Of a stretch of 64,000 bases of DNA, positions 24,415-37,733 are shown in pieces (the first letter of the stretch is position 1; each line of letters starts with the position of its first letter). The position numbers were made by a program, and so were the translations under genes. The notes below the pieces were generated by a model. That model worked only from the letters and a program-made list of their open reading frames with translations, did not search any database and was not told the origin of the DNA. This DNA comes from Octopus bimaculoides (lineage: Eukaryota), in contig NC_068984.1 of assembly GCF_001194135.2 (NCBI RefSeq), positions 85,527,073 to 85,591,072 on the forward strand, written 5' to 3'.

Positions 24415-24985
24415 CTACGCAAAGTTGCAGAAAGTGTATGGAGAGGAGTGTGTGAGCCGCACACAAATGTACGAGTGGTTCAGACGTTTCCAAGTTGGCC
24501 GAAAAATGTCGATATTGATAAACGTTCTGGGAGACCAGCATAACTAAAAAAAAAAAAACATCGCAGCTGTGAGGAGAAATCGTTGAATCACCATCCGTGA
24601 GTTATTAAAGGATGTGCAGATTAGTTACGGTACAGTTCAGTCTGTTATCACTGAAACTTTGGGTATGAGACGCGTGTCTTCCAAGTTTGTGCTAAAACTG
24701 CCTTCAGCTGACCAAAACGCTACTCTGGTTTCAGTTGCACAAGATCTCCTTGATTGTGTCGAGAACGATGAAAACTTTTTGAAAACTTTGCGTAGGCTTC
24801 TGAGCAAAATTTGCTGCAGATTCTCTGCTGAACTTTCTCTGTCATGGTCAATGCGGCGATCACACGCTTCACACCTTCCTTCCAAGCACTGTTGTAAACA
24901 GTGGAAGTGAGCTAGAACGTTAAAACTTAGTGCATAGCTTCGTTACTATGGCAACAGTTCGGATACTTATTCATCAGACCACGTA
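24415..24985 (+). mobile_element. Mariner transposon remnant, internally deleted, right TIR retained
   Basis: KLQKVYGEECVSRTQMYEWFRRFQ...RSGRP...ITIREL...ISYGTVQSVITETLGMRRVSSKFVLKL (mariner HTH plus WVP(R/K)xL-equivalent linker); no DDD domain; TIR-like gttcggatacttattcatcagaccacg|TA at ~24957-24985. Confidence 0.88.
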
Positions 24986-25007
24986 TGTGTGTGTATATAT
25001 ATATATA

Positions 25008-25247
25008 TGTTAATTCGAGGAAATTATATCCTCATTAGGGATTATATAATCCTAGGTATTCCCTATCATATAATGCGAAAGTCACGGGTATATGTTAGAG
25101 ATTATTGAAATTATATATTATCAATATTGAGGGGAAAAGAAAATGGAGAAATAATGGATGTATGAATAATTTATTTGTATGTTATAAAATGATGTAAATT
25201 TCTTTAAAAAATTGATTATAAGTTGTAAAGCTTTTTCCCACCAATAA

Positions 25248-25250
<3 letters not shown>
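25008..25250 (-). mobile_element. Penelope-like fragment with doubly mutated hammerhead core
   Basis: Minus strand: CTAATGA-GGA-tataatt-TCC-tc-GAAT at ~25040-25012. Confidence 0.4.
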
Positions 25251-25285
<35 letters not shown>

Positions 25286-26122
25286 NNNNNNNNNNNNNNN
25301 NNNNNNNNNNNNNNNNNNNNNNNNNNNNNNNNNNNNNNNNNNNNNNNNNNNNNNNNNNNNNNNNNNNNNNNNNNNNNNNNNNNNNNNNNNNNNNNNNNNN
25401 NNNNNNNNNNNNNNNNNNNNNNNNNNNNNNNNNNNNNNNNNNNNNNNNNNNNNNNNNNNNNNNNNNNNNNNNNNNNNNNNNNNNNNNNNNNNNNNNNNNN
25501 NNNNNNNNNNNNNNNNNNNNNNNNNNNNNNNNNNNNNNNNNNNNNNNNNNNNNNNNNNNNNNNNNNNNNNNNNNNNNNNNNNNNNNNNNNNNNNNNNNNN
25601 NNNNNNNNNNNNNNNNNNNNNNNNNNNNNNNNNNNNNNNNNNNNNNNNNNNNNNNNNNNNNNNNNNNNNNNNNNNNNNNNNNNNNNNNNNNNNNNNNNNN
25701 NNNNNNNNNNNNNNNNNNNNNNNNNNNNNNNNNNNNNNNNNNNNNNNNNNNNNNNNNNNNNNNNNNNNNNNNNNNNNNNNNNNNNNNNNNNNNNNNNNNN
25801 NNNNNNNNNNNNNNNNNNNNNNNNNNNNNNNNNNNNNNNNNNNNNNNNNNNNNNNNNNNNNNNNNNNNNNNNNNNNNNNNNNNNNNNNNNNNNNNNNNNN
25901 NNNNNNNNNNNNNNNNNNNNNNNNNNNNNNNNNNNNNNNNNNNNNNNNNNNNNNNNNNNNNNNNNNNNNNNNNNNNNNNNNNNNNNNNNNNNNNNNNNNT
26001 ACCAGTTATAGAGTTTGAAAGCAATAATTTGGAGTAAAATACCTAAAAGCTATTTAATGTAATTAGGTTTTCCATTATCCCTTCGTTGACTTTATTTATA
26101 AATCGTGAGTACACACGCACAC

Positions 26123-26159
<37 letters not shown>

Positions 26160-26164
<5 letters not shown>

Positions 26165-26590
26165 CTTTTCTACTGGAGGCACAAGGCCTCAAATTTGGAG
26201 GGGAGGGTACTAGCCGATTACATGGACCCCAGTGTCTCACTGGTACTTAATTTATCGACCCCGAAAGGATGAAAGGCAAAGTCGACTTCGGCGGAATTTG
26301 AACTCAGAACGTAAAGACGGACACAATACTGCTAAGCATTTCGTCCAACGTGCTAACGATTCCTATCGACTCGTTACCTTAAATAATAATAATAATGATA
26401 ATAATAATAATCCTTTCTACTGAAATTCTGCGGGAGGGGACTAGTGGATTACATCAACCCAATGTTTCACTGGTATTTAATTTATCGACCCCGAAGGGAT
26501 GAAAGACAAAGTCGACCTCGGATGAATTTCAAATTAGGACATGAAGCATTTCGCCCTGCACGCTAACGATTCTGCCAGCTTGCCACCTTA
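26160..26590 (-). mobile_element. Two family A SINEs embedded in (TAA)n/(TAG)n repeats
   Basis: Reverse-complement family A matches at 26161-26380 and ~26410-26590. Confidence 0.85.
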
Positions 26591-26603
26591 ATAATAATAA
26601 TAA

Positions 26604-26662
<59 letters not shown>

Positions 26663-28293
26663 ATAATAATAATGTCGGTGATGTAGGGTAAAAAAATAGT
26701 GTTTTTTATGGCAGTTGGTTTATTTTTGGTCCATTTCATCCAGTGATGACTTGAAATTTAGATATTTTAGAAGGTAATCATCAAAGTAATGACGTTCATT
26801 AAATGTTTCTGATTTTGTAGCTAGATAATTTATAAAATTTTTAATATTTCTTAACGCAAGACTGTTTTTAGCTGTACTTAAGCTGCATCCTCTTGCCGCA
26901 CTTATATACGGTTTGCATTGCTCAGGACTGTTCTATTTTACAGTAAGTAGTCAGAGACAATTCGATTAATGCTTATGTTGAAATTAACGAAGAAATTTGA
27001 GTCTTTGATTGTTGCTGTTTCACTTCCCCACTGAGTTTTTGCTTGTGATTAATATATGTAACTGCTTATATTAGCATTGTGCTATATTACGAGCACAGAT
27101 TCCACCATGAATCGTTTATTCTTGTTGGGAAAATTTTAAGATAGATATGTTGTTCAGCATAGTTTGGATTTAGGTTGTGTAATGTAGTTATTGGGAAGTG
27201 TTGTACTGTAATAGCCTGTAACAGTTGGAGTCGTGAAGTTTGCAATCTAATTTGCAACTCATATTGGTTACTAGTAGCTTGGTTGTGAAATTAACTGGTT
27301 ATGATTTGTTGTTGATATAACTACTGATAAAAAATTTAGTTACACACACACACACACGATCAGTCATGTGATCGTGGTAAAATGCAGTTGGTTAGTCTCT
27401 TGTTTAGAAAATACAGACGACTCGATAATTAATCAATAAAATTTATTAATCTAATCAAGTGCAGTTCAATCCATAACGAGATTAGACAGAAAATTCCGAT
27501 TGCATGTGGTATACAACTCCATTTCGAAAGCAACAAACATTGTTTATATTGCGATGATCAGATTTGTAAATGCAAGGCTGGAAGAGATAATCGAGTACTA
27601 CAGATCGTTCAAAAGCACATCGGGTACATTTTATGAAACGTCACGAATGCTTTGTAGCCATCAGGTATACTTACGACTGTTTAGTTGAAAATAGTCCGCC
27701 GTAAAGGAAAATGCAAAATATATATACTGTTGTTTGTTCCTTCTCAAGCCATGCCTGGCTCACAAGGGCCGATTTCCCGGTTTCGTTTCTCGCGTGACAA
27801 GCATATAATATGTGTGTATATTATATTCTGAAAAGTGACATTTCAACACATCTTCTTATTCGATTATTGTGTGGATAGTTTATTTCTACTTTTTTTTTTT
27901 TTCGTTAAAAATGGAATCACACACACATATGTATGTATATATATAAATATTTCGCTTAGGCATTGCGATGCTAATAACCTGGTGTTAGAACTCAATATAC
28001 ATATGCTTCATGTTTGAAACTTGAAGTTATAGGGTGATGCTTAAGCACTCAACTATGAGTGCATTATACCTTAAAGCTGTCAGCTAATGAATTTCATAAC
28101 ACAATTGTTTATTCTTTTGTATTCTCAATTTCTTGTGCATATCATCCATATACAACCTGAAACTTCAACTCTTCAATCTTACACGAGCAGCTTAGCATAT
28201 TGTTTATTGATTGTTCCCATATATCCGAGAATGAATTTCGACGTACTTACTCTATGACTGACTGACAGACATCTGGTCTTCTTAATCACTTAA

Positions 28294-28400
28294 CCTTAGC
28301 ACACTGTAGGTGCATCATGTCACCGTACGAGTTTTCTCCCATGTAGTAACAGAGCAGTGGCAGGGGAAACAATTCTAGAAAAAATGCAGTGTGCTAAAGG
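28294..28400. mobile_element. 107-bp piggyBac-type MITE
   Basis: TTAA on both sides (28290-28293, 28401-28404); TIRs CCTTAGCACACTG / CAGTGTGCTAAAGG. Confidence 0.85.
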
Positions 28401-28504
28401 TTAATAGTTGATCTGGGTCAAAGAATGAATTATTAAATGTCTTTCTTGATATTCACAATCGCAAATGCCAAAGATGGCTGTAACGAACCGTCAATCTTGT
28501 AGAT

Positions 28505-28625
28505 CAGTTGTTCCCAATTGGGATCCGTATAAGATTTTGTTAAAATTTATGTGCTGTAAATTGCTTATACTTCTACAATACGCAAAATATTAAAAACCGA
28601 ATTTAATACAAGTCCTAATAATAAT

Positions 28626-28661
<36 letters not shown>

Positions 28662-29724
28662 TGTTGTGTCTGGGGAGAGTCATTTTCTTATTGTGCCTTA
28701 AAATTTAACACACTCACCGTTAAAATTTCCACTTATTTCTTATTTTTATTTTCCTAAAATTTTCGTTAAGGCACAATAAGAAAATGNNNNNNNNNNNNNN
28801 NNNNNNNNNNNNNNNNNNNNNNNNNNNNNNNNNNNNNNNNNNNNNNNNNNNNNNNNNNNNNNNNNNNNNNNNNNNNNNNNNNNNNNNNNNNNNNNNNNNN
28901 NNNNNNNNNNNNNNNNNNNNNNNNNNNNNNNNNNNNNNNNNNNNNNNNNNNNNNNNNNNNNNNNNNNNNNNNNNNNNNNNNNNNNNNNNNNNNNNNNNNN
29001 NNNNNNNNNNNNNNNNNNNNNNNNNNNNNNNNNNNNNNNNNNNNNNNNNNNNNNNNNNNNNNNNNNNNNNNNNNNNNNNNNNNNNNNNNNNNNNNNNNNN
29101 NNNNNNNNNNNNNNNNNNNNNNNNNNNNNNNNNNNNNNNNNNNNNNNNNNNNNNNNNNNNNNNNNNNNNNNNNNNNNNNNNNNNNNNNNNNNNNNNNNNN
29201 NNNNNNNNNNNNNNNNNNNNNNNNNNNNNNNNNNNNNNNNNNNNNNNNNNNNNNNNNNNNNNNNNNNNNNNNNNNNNNNNNNNNNNNNNNNNNNNNNNNN
29301 NNNNNNNNNNNNNNNNNNNNNNNNNNNNNNNNNNNNNNNNNNNNNNNNNNNNNNNNNNNNNNNNNNNNNNNNNNNNNNNNNNNNNNNNNNNNNNNNNNNN
29401 NNNNNNNNNNNNNNNNNNNNNNNNNNNNNNNNNNNNNNNNNNNNNNNNNNNNNNNNNNNNNNNNNNNNNNNNNNNNNNNNNNNNNNNNNNNNNNNNNNNN
29501 NNNNNNNNNNNNNNNNNNNNNNNNNNNNNNNNNNNNNNNNNNNNNNNNNNNNNNNNNNNNNNNNNNNNNNNNNNNNNNNNNNNNNNNNNNNNNNNNNNNN
29601 NNNNNNNNNNNNNNNNNNATATATATATGTATGTATATATAATACATTAAATTGCGATGGAGGTCCAGTAGAGTAAAATAGGAATCAAAGGGGTCCATAA
29701 GCAAAAAGTGGTTGAGAACCACTG
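28505..29724. mobile_element. hAT (Charlie-like) MITE interrupted by microsatellite, another repeat and a gap
   Basis: Ends CAGTTGTTCCCAA / GGTTGAGAACCACTG; flanking 8-mers ttgtagat and ctttaggt (5/8 identical, central TAG). Confidence 0.5.
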
Positions 29725-30316
29725 CTTTAGGTGGTGGTAGTAGTAGTACTAGTAGTAGCAGCAGCAGTAGTTCGACTCTTTTATCGATACTTCCAGTTGT
29801 GAATCAAGAGTTTGATAGAATTTTGTTTTTTGTTTATTTTCCCACTGAGCCGTGTCTGCGACTAAGTTTCCACTCTCTTTTATACCCGTCTATTTGCCTC
29901 ACTTCACTTAATGCACTTTTATTATTATAAATGCATAAAGACCACGAAATCTTATTTTCTCTCCACTAATAAATCCTAACCGTTGCTTTGTATGTTGGAT
30001 TTCTTTTTTTTTTTTTTTCATAAAAAACATAAGTGTATTTAACTCCGTTGCATCTGTGCGCTAGATACAGCAATCAAATTCTCTCGAATTACACCCTATT
30101 GTCTTCAAATAAAAATAGTGACGAATGACATAGTGAGAAATAAAGGTTGCGTTACACAAAACGGGATGTTCACGGATGGAACGCATTTGATCATCATAGT
30201 AGATCTACTCAATCACATCACATACTGCCAAAATATTAATACTTGCGATTGACTATGATGCTCCTTTTTCCCTAACCTTCCCTCTCCTCTTACCCTAACC
30301 TTCCCTCTCCTCTTAC

Positions 30317-30670
30317 TGACTATATAGAAGTTGATGGAGGTGGAAGTGATCATGGTTAAAGAAATGATACTGCCTAGTGTTAGAACTGACGTTTGTGTGT
30401 GTGTGTGTGTGTGATTTTTATCGATAGGCAATGAGAGACAAAGAAAGTGAGGCTGGCATAAAAATCTATTCCTCGTGTTTGAACTATTTCTATTGCTGTT
30501 TATCATTTCGCAGTCGCAGAATATCGCTAGGTTCCTTGGATTCTACTGTTTTACTATCTTTAACTGTATTTTTTGTGTAACGAAGAATAAAAGGAGCGGT
30601 GTCTTGGTGGAAATAGAACTGACAACTAATTCACTTAAGCGCAGCAGGACAGACAGGCAGGTCGACTCAC
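30317..30670 (-). other. Candidate first exon; possible coding start MITSTSINFYIV (ATG 30353) or longer from ATG 30506; phase-1 end
   Basis: Donor GTCA|GTAAGA at 30317/30316; aaccATG context; A-rich UTR-like sequence; next to TATA and CRE motifs. 5' boundary is approximate. Confidence 0.4.
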
Positions 30671-30694
30671 ACAAACAGATAAAAGGCAGGCTGA

Positions 30695-30785
30695 CACTAT
30701 ATAAATTGGTGTCAGGCAAGAGGGAGAGGAGTGTGAGTAAGAGGTAAGAAGCGGTAGAGAGTGGTGTTCGCAATGACGTCATCGA
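30695..30785. promoter_or_regulatory. TATA box plus perfect CRE
   Basis: TATATAAA 30698-30705; ATGACGTCAT 30773-30782. TATA reads best on plus, but CRE-upstream geometry favours minus. Confidence 0.5.
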
Positions 30786-33199
30786 TTGTCGGCTAGGCTG
30801 GTTAACTGGCTGGTTGGTTTGTGATAGACGATAACGTACATGACACTGCTTGTGTCATCGAATAAGTCTCAGTAGTTTTCAATATCATCTCAGAGGGAGC
30901 CTTTGCTTGGTCGCTCGGCTTGCAAGAAAGAGCAGTTAAATCTCTCTCAGATCACTGTCTACCGTCTTGAAAATGTCCTAGGCGAGATGTAATTAGCTGG
31001 AATACCTTCGATCATGGCTGTGCTAGATCCTGCTTGTCATGGAGCTAAATCAAACAGCAGTGTAGTTGAACTAAATTAGTACATGACTTACATGCGGTTG
31101 TTGTTTAAGCTATACGTTCCATCCATGACCATCTCGATTTAAGGATTTCCACTGCGTCATTTACTTTTTCTAGGCTGCAGGATTTTGTATGTAATTTGAG
31201 GTTAACCTGACTAATGTCGTCTATCAAGTTGAACGACTACGTATGACTTAGCGGTTTGTTCCTGAGGCAGTCTTAACTTTTTAAATACTGAAGGGCACAT
31301 TAAGTAATGTAGTCCTAGACACACTGTCTGAATAATATGTGATGATTAGAACAGACACACTTGTGATCGTATCGTTTTGATACGAGTTGAGCCGCTGTGT
31401 CTGAAATATGTTTGTCTATTGTGTACACATATACGTTATATATGTGTCTCTCCTAAGTACTAGATAGAACGTATGTAGTACTGTCTTTAGTGTATTAGTG
31501 TTAGATGAGTGTAATGTAGCTTGAGTACAGTGTCTGCAGTGTGGTGTTAATGTGGAATCAGTACAGCGTCTGTGGAGTTGTCTCAGTGCAGTGTATTTAA
31601 CAAGATAGGTGATCCAAAATGTACGTTCTAGTGTAGCAGCTACTGTGTCCGTTTGATCATATGTGGTGTGTACATGCACAGACTTGCTACTCGCATATAG
31701 CATTACCATGGAGCACTTCGCAAAAGAATTGGGGTATTGCAACTTTTAACATCCCTTTCTCTTAAGATCAATAAAGAAATTATAGTCCAACAACAGCTAT
31801 GAAAACTGGTATCGCTGTTCTGGATAACTCTGAGTCTTTACATGTGCACGTCGAATTCACGTAACCGAATAAGCTCTCTTTTAACACGGGTGGCTTGTTG
31901 GTGGTTTAGCTGCTGTTTCTCGCAAGTCGATCGGCTACATTAGTTTAAGGATAAATATATTTACTAATGAATAAGCATTATTTGCGTTTATTTAACTACT
32001 TATTATTCAAACTGTATATAAGTAGAAAGATTTTCTGGTTTTTTTTTTACTTTTTAAAGTGAATGTTTAAACAAAGAATTTTAATTAGCCTAATGCAGTT
32101 ATTGATAGTATCAATAAGGTTTCGAAAATGAACATTGCTTAAAGACATTTAAAGTGTGTGTGTGTGTGTTTAATGGAATATGTACATCAAAAACACCGAG
32201 AAGAATAATGTAACTAGTTTTGGAACCATTATATCTACGAAGCGTTTAATAATCACATTTTTCTTTTCCTTTCATCTTTCACGTGCTTCAGTCATTGGAC
32301 TGCGGCCATGCAGGGCACCACCTTGAAGAGTTGAGTCAGACAAATTGACCCCAGTACTTAGTGCTTTTAAGTCTTGCACTTATTTTATCGTTTACTTAAG
32401 CTGAACCGCTATGTAACGGGAACGTAAACAGGTCAACAATGGTTGTCAAGAGGTGGTGAAGGACAAACACAAGTACAAAGACATCATATATACTTATATA
32501 CATATAAGACAGGCTTCCACACAGTTTCCGCCTCGTAAATTCACTTACAAGGCATTGGTCAGCTAGAAGAGAAAAAACTTGTCCAAGGTGCCGCGCAGTG
32601 GGACTGAACGTGAAACCATGCGCTTGCAAAGCGAGCTTCTTAATCACACGGCCATGCTTGTGCCTAATGGAATCCCCTCCCACTTTTTTGCCTATGTAAT
32701 TATTCATTTCCATGAACTTGTTGGTTTTCTTTTATTGAATACTCGTATAGAGTTTATCAAATGTACATCCGGGTATTGCCTTGATCATTGCAGTGCTCGC
32801 ATTTTCTTGCTTTTCATGAATTTCTTGTTCCATCGTTATGCTTATCGTTGTTTTACTGGAAAATAAAAAATCAATGCCTCCTCCCCTAATAGTCTTCTCT
32901 AAGTTCTCTAGCAAAACTATACCGTTCATGATATACTTGATCTAATGAATGGGACTTCATTGCTAAACATGCAAACCTCAAACTGACATTCGACCACAAA
33001 ATTTTTGACTCGTTTAAAAATGTCCGAGTGTCTGAACAAACTGAATGCGAGCACATCAGTTTTTCAGATAAATATAGTTTGTTTTTTGATGCCCCCATTC
33101 CCCACAAGCTTTAATCGATTTTTATATGGGAGTAGTGACACCAATCTGCATTTGGTATTTACGTCGAACGTCGTTAAAGATATCGATAGCGGGTCGTTT

Positions 33200-33450
33200 T
33201 CCTGTTTCATCCATCTTCTCCGCCCACTATTCCCGGGAGGGGTTGTGGGCGTAGATCTCGAGCACCTCCTCCATAGGGTCCTATCAGGAGCGATAGTCAT
33301 TACACTTTCCGGTGGGGTTCCCAAGCGTGAGCAACCGAGACAATCAATCCAACCATCTCGTTCTTGGTCTACCTCTAGGTACCTTGCCAGGTGACCCGGT
33401 TTGAAGAATCTGTCTTGCGATTCTTTCTTACGGCATTTCTAATCACATAT
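33200..33450 (-). mobile_element. RTE-clade LINE 3' end (Expander/Rex3-like)
   Basis: ERIARQILQTGSPGKVPRGRPRTRWLD...RLGTPPESVMTIAPDRTLWRR, then a GATG-type tail. Confidence 0.85.
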
Positions 33451-35444
33451 CAAATTTTGTGTGTCAGATATAAATATCAGTTTGGTGTCTGACGTGAATA
33501 AGACCCCTAAACGCTGCAACGTGAAAGGGATTCAAAAGAACAACCGTATCGCAGTGTCCGTCGCGTGGGTTAAAGAGGAACGCGTTCGATCTTGGATAAA
33601 GAGAGGGTTCCTTTCGAAAATTATATTAGTCTCAACCTGCAACTTGTTCTGGGAGGCGTGGGATGTATGTCATTTTCTTATTCTTAACCGAAAGCAATAA
33701 ATGTGTTTCAATTTTTTGCGGCTGTCCTTTTCGAGGATAGTTACAATAGCCACCAATTTGGCGAGCAGTGGTTATTGAGCTGCTCAACTTGAGCAGCTGT
33801 GGTTCGAGAAGCCCGTCTCAGCTTATACAATTGAACAATATTCTCGATTGTCTCTCTAAGTTTTTTTTTTTTTCCTTTTCATTTACTGATCATAACAGAT
33901 CTTAGGGTGATATAATTAAATTAAGTTTGTCTACGTTGTTTTTTATATCTAATATCAAGATTATTTTACTTTGCTAAAACGTTCTTAAATTAAGTGACGT
34001 AATGAAAAATTTCGTGTTTAAACTTACATATGTTAAGAATAAAACATTCTCTTTTCTTTCATACAGTCTGAAACGTAATTAAACTGATTTAACGTTTAGC
34101 CCCCAGCAATCAGTTGTCTTTAAATGACGCCGGTGTGTGTGTGTGTAACACACACATCCTGTTTCTCCTTTGACCTCCCAAAGTCAATACAGCTGATCTG
34201 TAAAGGTCACTCATTCGATAGGACTGCGCTACTGCCTGGAGATTAAATCCGTGTGTGTGTGTGTGTGTGTGCGTGTGTGTGTGCGTGCGTGCGCTCAATT
34301 AACATTGCTGAAACAAAAGACGGGCTTCTTACGTCTTAAACTTCTTGACCACATGTTTACTTCACCTGCTCTGACATAAGGCTAAACAACAACCTTTTAT
34401 AAGCGAACAAACCAACGATTTGAGAGTCTACAAGGTCACACAACCTGCTAGAAATAGTAGCAAAAATGTTCGCAGTGATACAACTGACCATCGTTGAATA
34501 ACAAAAGGACAGAATAATCACATTTGCACGCCTTTTATCATGGATCTGTCGCTTGACCTGCTAGAAATAGCAGCCAAATCTCGCTCAAATCGCACCCCAC
34601 TGCATACGAAAAGAACAACATTAAGGGATAATTTAGGTCTGAATATATGGTGATATAGCTTTACTTGGTTGGTTCTGGAGACAAGAAAGCTATTATTTGT
34701 TGATCAGTCATAGGTTAATCTTTATGGAGTCAATTAATGATCAGATGTTCCAGTTATAAACATCTCATCATTTTGTATAATTAGGCTTAGATTGTCTTCT
34801 ATTATCCTTCTTTTTATTCAGGACATTGGAGTGCGATTTGAGGGCATTTGGCTACTTTTAATAACGTGACGAGCGACTACGCAGAAGTACCTTCGTTGGC
34901 TCGAAACATGCCTTGTGCGTTTTATAAATGTAATGCGCGTGTTATTGCTAGTATTGTGTATAACAGTAGAGTGTGTTGGCAATGTTAATATCAGTACATA
35001 GTGTACGAGCATAGTCATTTATATTGCATATAATGTGTTAAATGGAATTTTTTTAAGGAGTGGGGGGTGGGGNNNNNNNNNNNNNNNNNNNNNNNNNNNN
35101 NNNNNNNNNNNNNNNNNNNNNNNNNNNNNNNNNNNNNNNNNNNNNNNNNNNNNNNNNNNNNNNNNNNNNNNNNNNNNNNNNNNNNNNNNNNNNNNNNNNN
35201 NNNNNNNNNNNNNNNNNNNNNNNNNNNNNNNNNNNNNNNNNNNNNNNNNNNNNNNNNNNNNNNNNNNNNNNNNNNNNNNNNNNNNNNNNNNNNNNNNNNN
35301 NNNNNNNNNNNNNNNNNNNNNNNNNNNNNNNNNNNNNNNNNNNNNNNNNNNNNNNNNNNNNNNNNNNNNNNNNNNNNNNNNNNNNNNNNNNNNNNNNNNN
35401 NNNNNNNCCTACCTATCTATATCTACCTATTTAAATCTGTCTAT

Positions 35445-35585
35445 GTCTATCTATCTACATCCCTCTATCTATCTACATCCCTCTATCTATCTACATCCCT
35501 CTATCTATCTACATCCCTCTATCTATCTACATCCCTCTATCTATCTACATCCCTCTATCTATCTACATCCCTCTATCTATCTATA
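35445..35585. repeat. 18-bp minisatellite (CTATCTATCTACATCCCT)n, about 7 copies
   Basis: Direct reading; gives the spurious YLHPSI repeats. Confidence 0.9.
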
Positions 35586-36249
35586 TCTCTCTATCTATCT
35601 ATATCTCTATATCTTTCTATTTCTATCTTTCTATCTATCTATCCATTTCTTTCTATATCTATGTATCTATCTATCTATCTAAAGTGTGTTTGAAATTCTC
35701 ATCTATCATACATATATACATGTCCGTGTGTATATGAAAATGTATGCACGTATGTGCAGACTCACATAACCCGCTGTATATATATCTGGAGGGGGAAAGT
35801 CTTGTGGCCGACTCTAGTGTGACTTTTAGTATGGTCATTCTCCTCCATTCACAACTTTTCCTAATCCAAACATTGTATCTCTCCGTACGCAACAAACACA
35901 GTACAGATACTGTCTACTTCCATTACCTGTCTCCGCTCCTCACTTCTCTGATTTTAAACCTTTATCTCCTCCTCTTCTCTTCCTTTAGTCGTCACTCTTT
36001 CTTGTTTTATCGCTTTCTTTTCACCTTTGTCCTTCACGTTCTCCAACTCTGTGTGTCCTCTTTCTCTTGTCTTGTCTTCTTTTCTCTGTTAAATCTCATC
36101 GTCTATATTTTCTTTCTTACCCTCTCTCTCTCTCTTTGTTTATCTTCCTTGTTCTCTACATACTCAGTGCTGTTCTTCACTGCCTCTCTGCGTGTCTCTT
36201 TCCAACTTCCCCACTGTCTCTCTTAATAAAACAAGGCTTGATTGTAGTC

Positions 36250-36415
36250 TCTCTCTTCCACCCTCTCTCTCTCTTCCACCCTCTCTCTCTCACTCTTCCA
36301 CCCTCTCTCTCTCACTCTTCCACCCTCTCTCTTCCACTCTCTCTCTCTCTTCCACTCTCTCTCTCTTCCACCCTCTCTCTTCCACTCTCTCTCTCTTCCA
36401 CCCTCTCTCTCTACG
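36250..36415. repeat. CT-rich minisatellite (ctctcttccaccctct-like)
   Basis: Direct reading. Confidence 0.85.
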
Positions 36416-37360
36416 TTCTTACTTTCATTTATACCGCCTGCTGTTTTTCTATCTTTCGCTATCTGTCTTCACCGCCTCCTCATCGTTCTCACCTTTTACT
36501 GTATAATATCTTTTTCTATCTCATTCTTCTCTCTCTCTCTCTTTCTCTTTCCAGAACTGTCTCATTCTTTCTATCTCTGCATTCGTTTTCTTTTCTTTCC
36601 CTCTCACTCTTGTTACTTTCACGCTTCTTCTTTCAACTCCCCCCACTACTTCCCCCTCTGATGTCGACGCCACTCACCCTGTAACCCTACCCCTCTCGCT
36701 CTTTGTTTTCCGTTTCTCTCACCTCCAACTCCAACACTGCGAGAGAATTATCCCCCCTCCTTCCATCTCACTGACAGCTTCTAACTCGCTTCCTTCTATC
36801 TATGTCTCTCACACGCATTCACTCGCTCTCTTACTTTCTTGTTGTACCCCTCTTTCTTTTCTCGTTGCACTTCACCATCACTATCATCACTGCTACGAAA
36901 CCCAACGAACTCAGCTATTCAATCATTCAGTGTTTGATTCTCTGGGAAGCCGTCGTGGATCAATCCATTTCTCCATTTCTATCTATCTAACATATATATT
37001 ACTGATGTGACACACATACACACACACATACATACATACACCACTGCCCATCTCATCCCTGGCCCTTTTATTTTTTCTTTTATTTACCGTTTTTGTTGTC
37101 TTCAGCTTTCTTTCCATCATCTTACACTCCCCGAGTAATGTCATTTTGTTTTCGTTTTAATTTTTGCCAAATTTAATTCTCATCATTATTGTTACACTAA
37201 TCACTCACATCACCGTCGTCGTAATTATTTTTTATTTTTTGAAAACAGTCTCCCACCCATCCCTTCACCTCATAGACAACAATACACTATAATCAACCAA
37301 GCATTTATACATATATTACAAACATACACACAAAGCTAAATATCCTCAACACCCCGTATA

Positions 37361-37415
<55 letters not shown>

Positions 37416-37604
37416 NNNNNNNNNNNNNNNNNNNNNNNNNNNNNNNNNNNNNNNNNNNNNNNNNNNNNNNNNNNNNNNNNNNNNNNNNNNNNNNNNNNNN
37501 NNNNNNNNNNNNNNNNNNNNNNNNNNNNNNNNNNNNNNNNNNNNNNNNNNNNNNNNNNNNNNNNNNNNNNNNNNNNNNNNNNNNNNNNNNNNNNNNNNNN
37601 NNNN

Positions 37605-37733
37605 TGTTATTGATGTTTACCAGTGGAGTGCCGGCCCAGCGCAGCCAGGAGGGATTTTACCAAATTGGAACCGTTTATCAACGCTGTCGTAGGAGACATA
37701 CTATACATAGAACTATTTCTTTTTCTTCAGAAG
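37605..37733 (+). other. Candidate exon ending at a strong donor (5' end lost in gap, or 3-nt microexon 37731-37733)
   Basis: CAGAAG|GTGAGG at 37733/37734; GC-richer unique sequence. Confidence 0.35.

Noticed and set aside
27670-27680. 2-nt microexon (cag|TC|gtaagt, minus); similarly a 4-nt one at 61488-61491 (plus)
   Set aside because: Frame-shifting lengths; such signal pairs arise by chance in AT-rich DNA.
28681-28786. Perfect 21-bp inverted repeat as a MITE TIR pair
   Set aside because: The second arm ends exactly at an assembly gap, typical of a fold-back read artefact.
33778-33798. 21-bp palindrome AGCTGCTCAA-C-TTGAGCAGCT
   Set aside because: Short, no TSD or other context; cannot assign a function.
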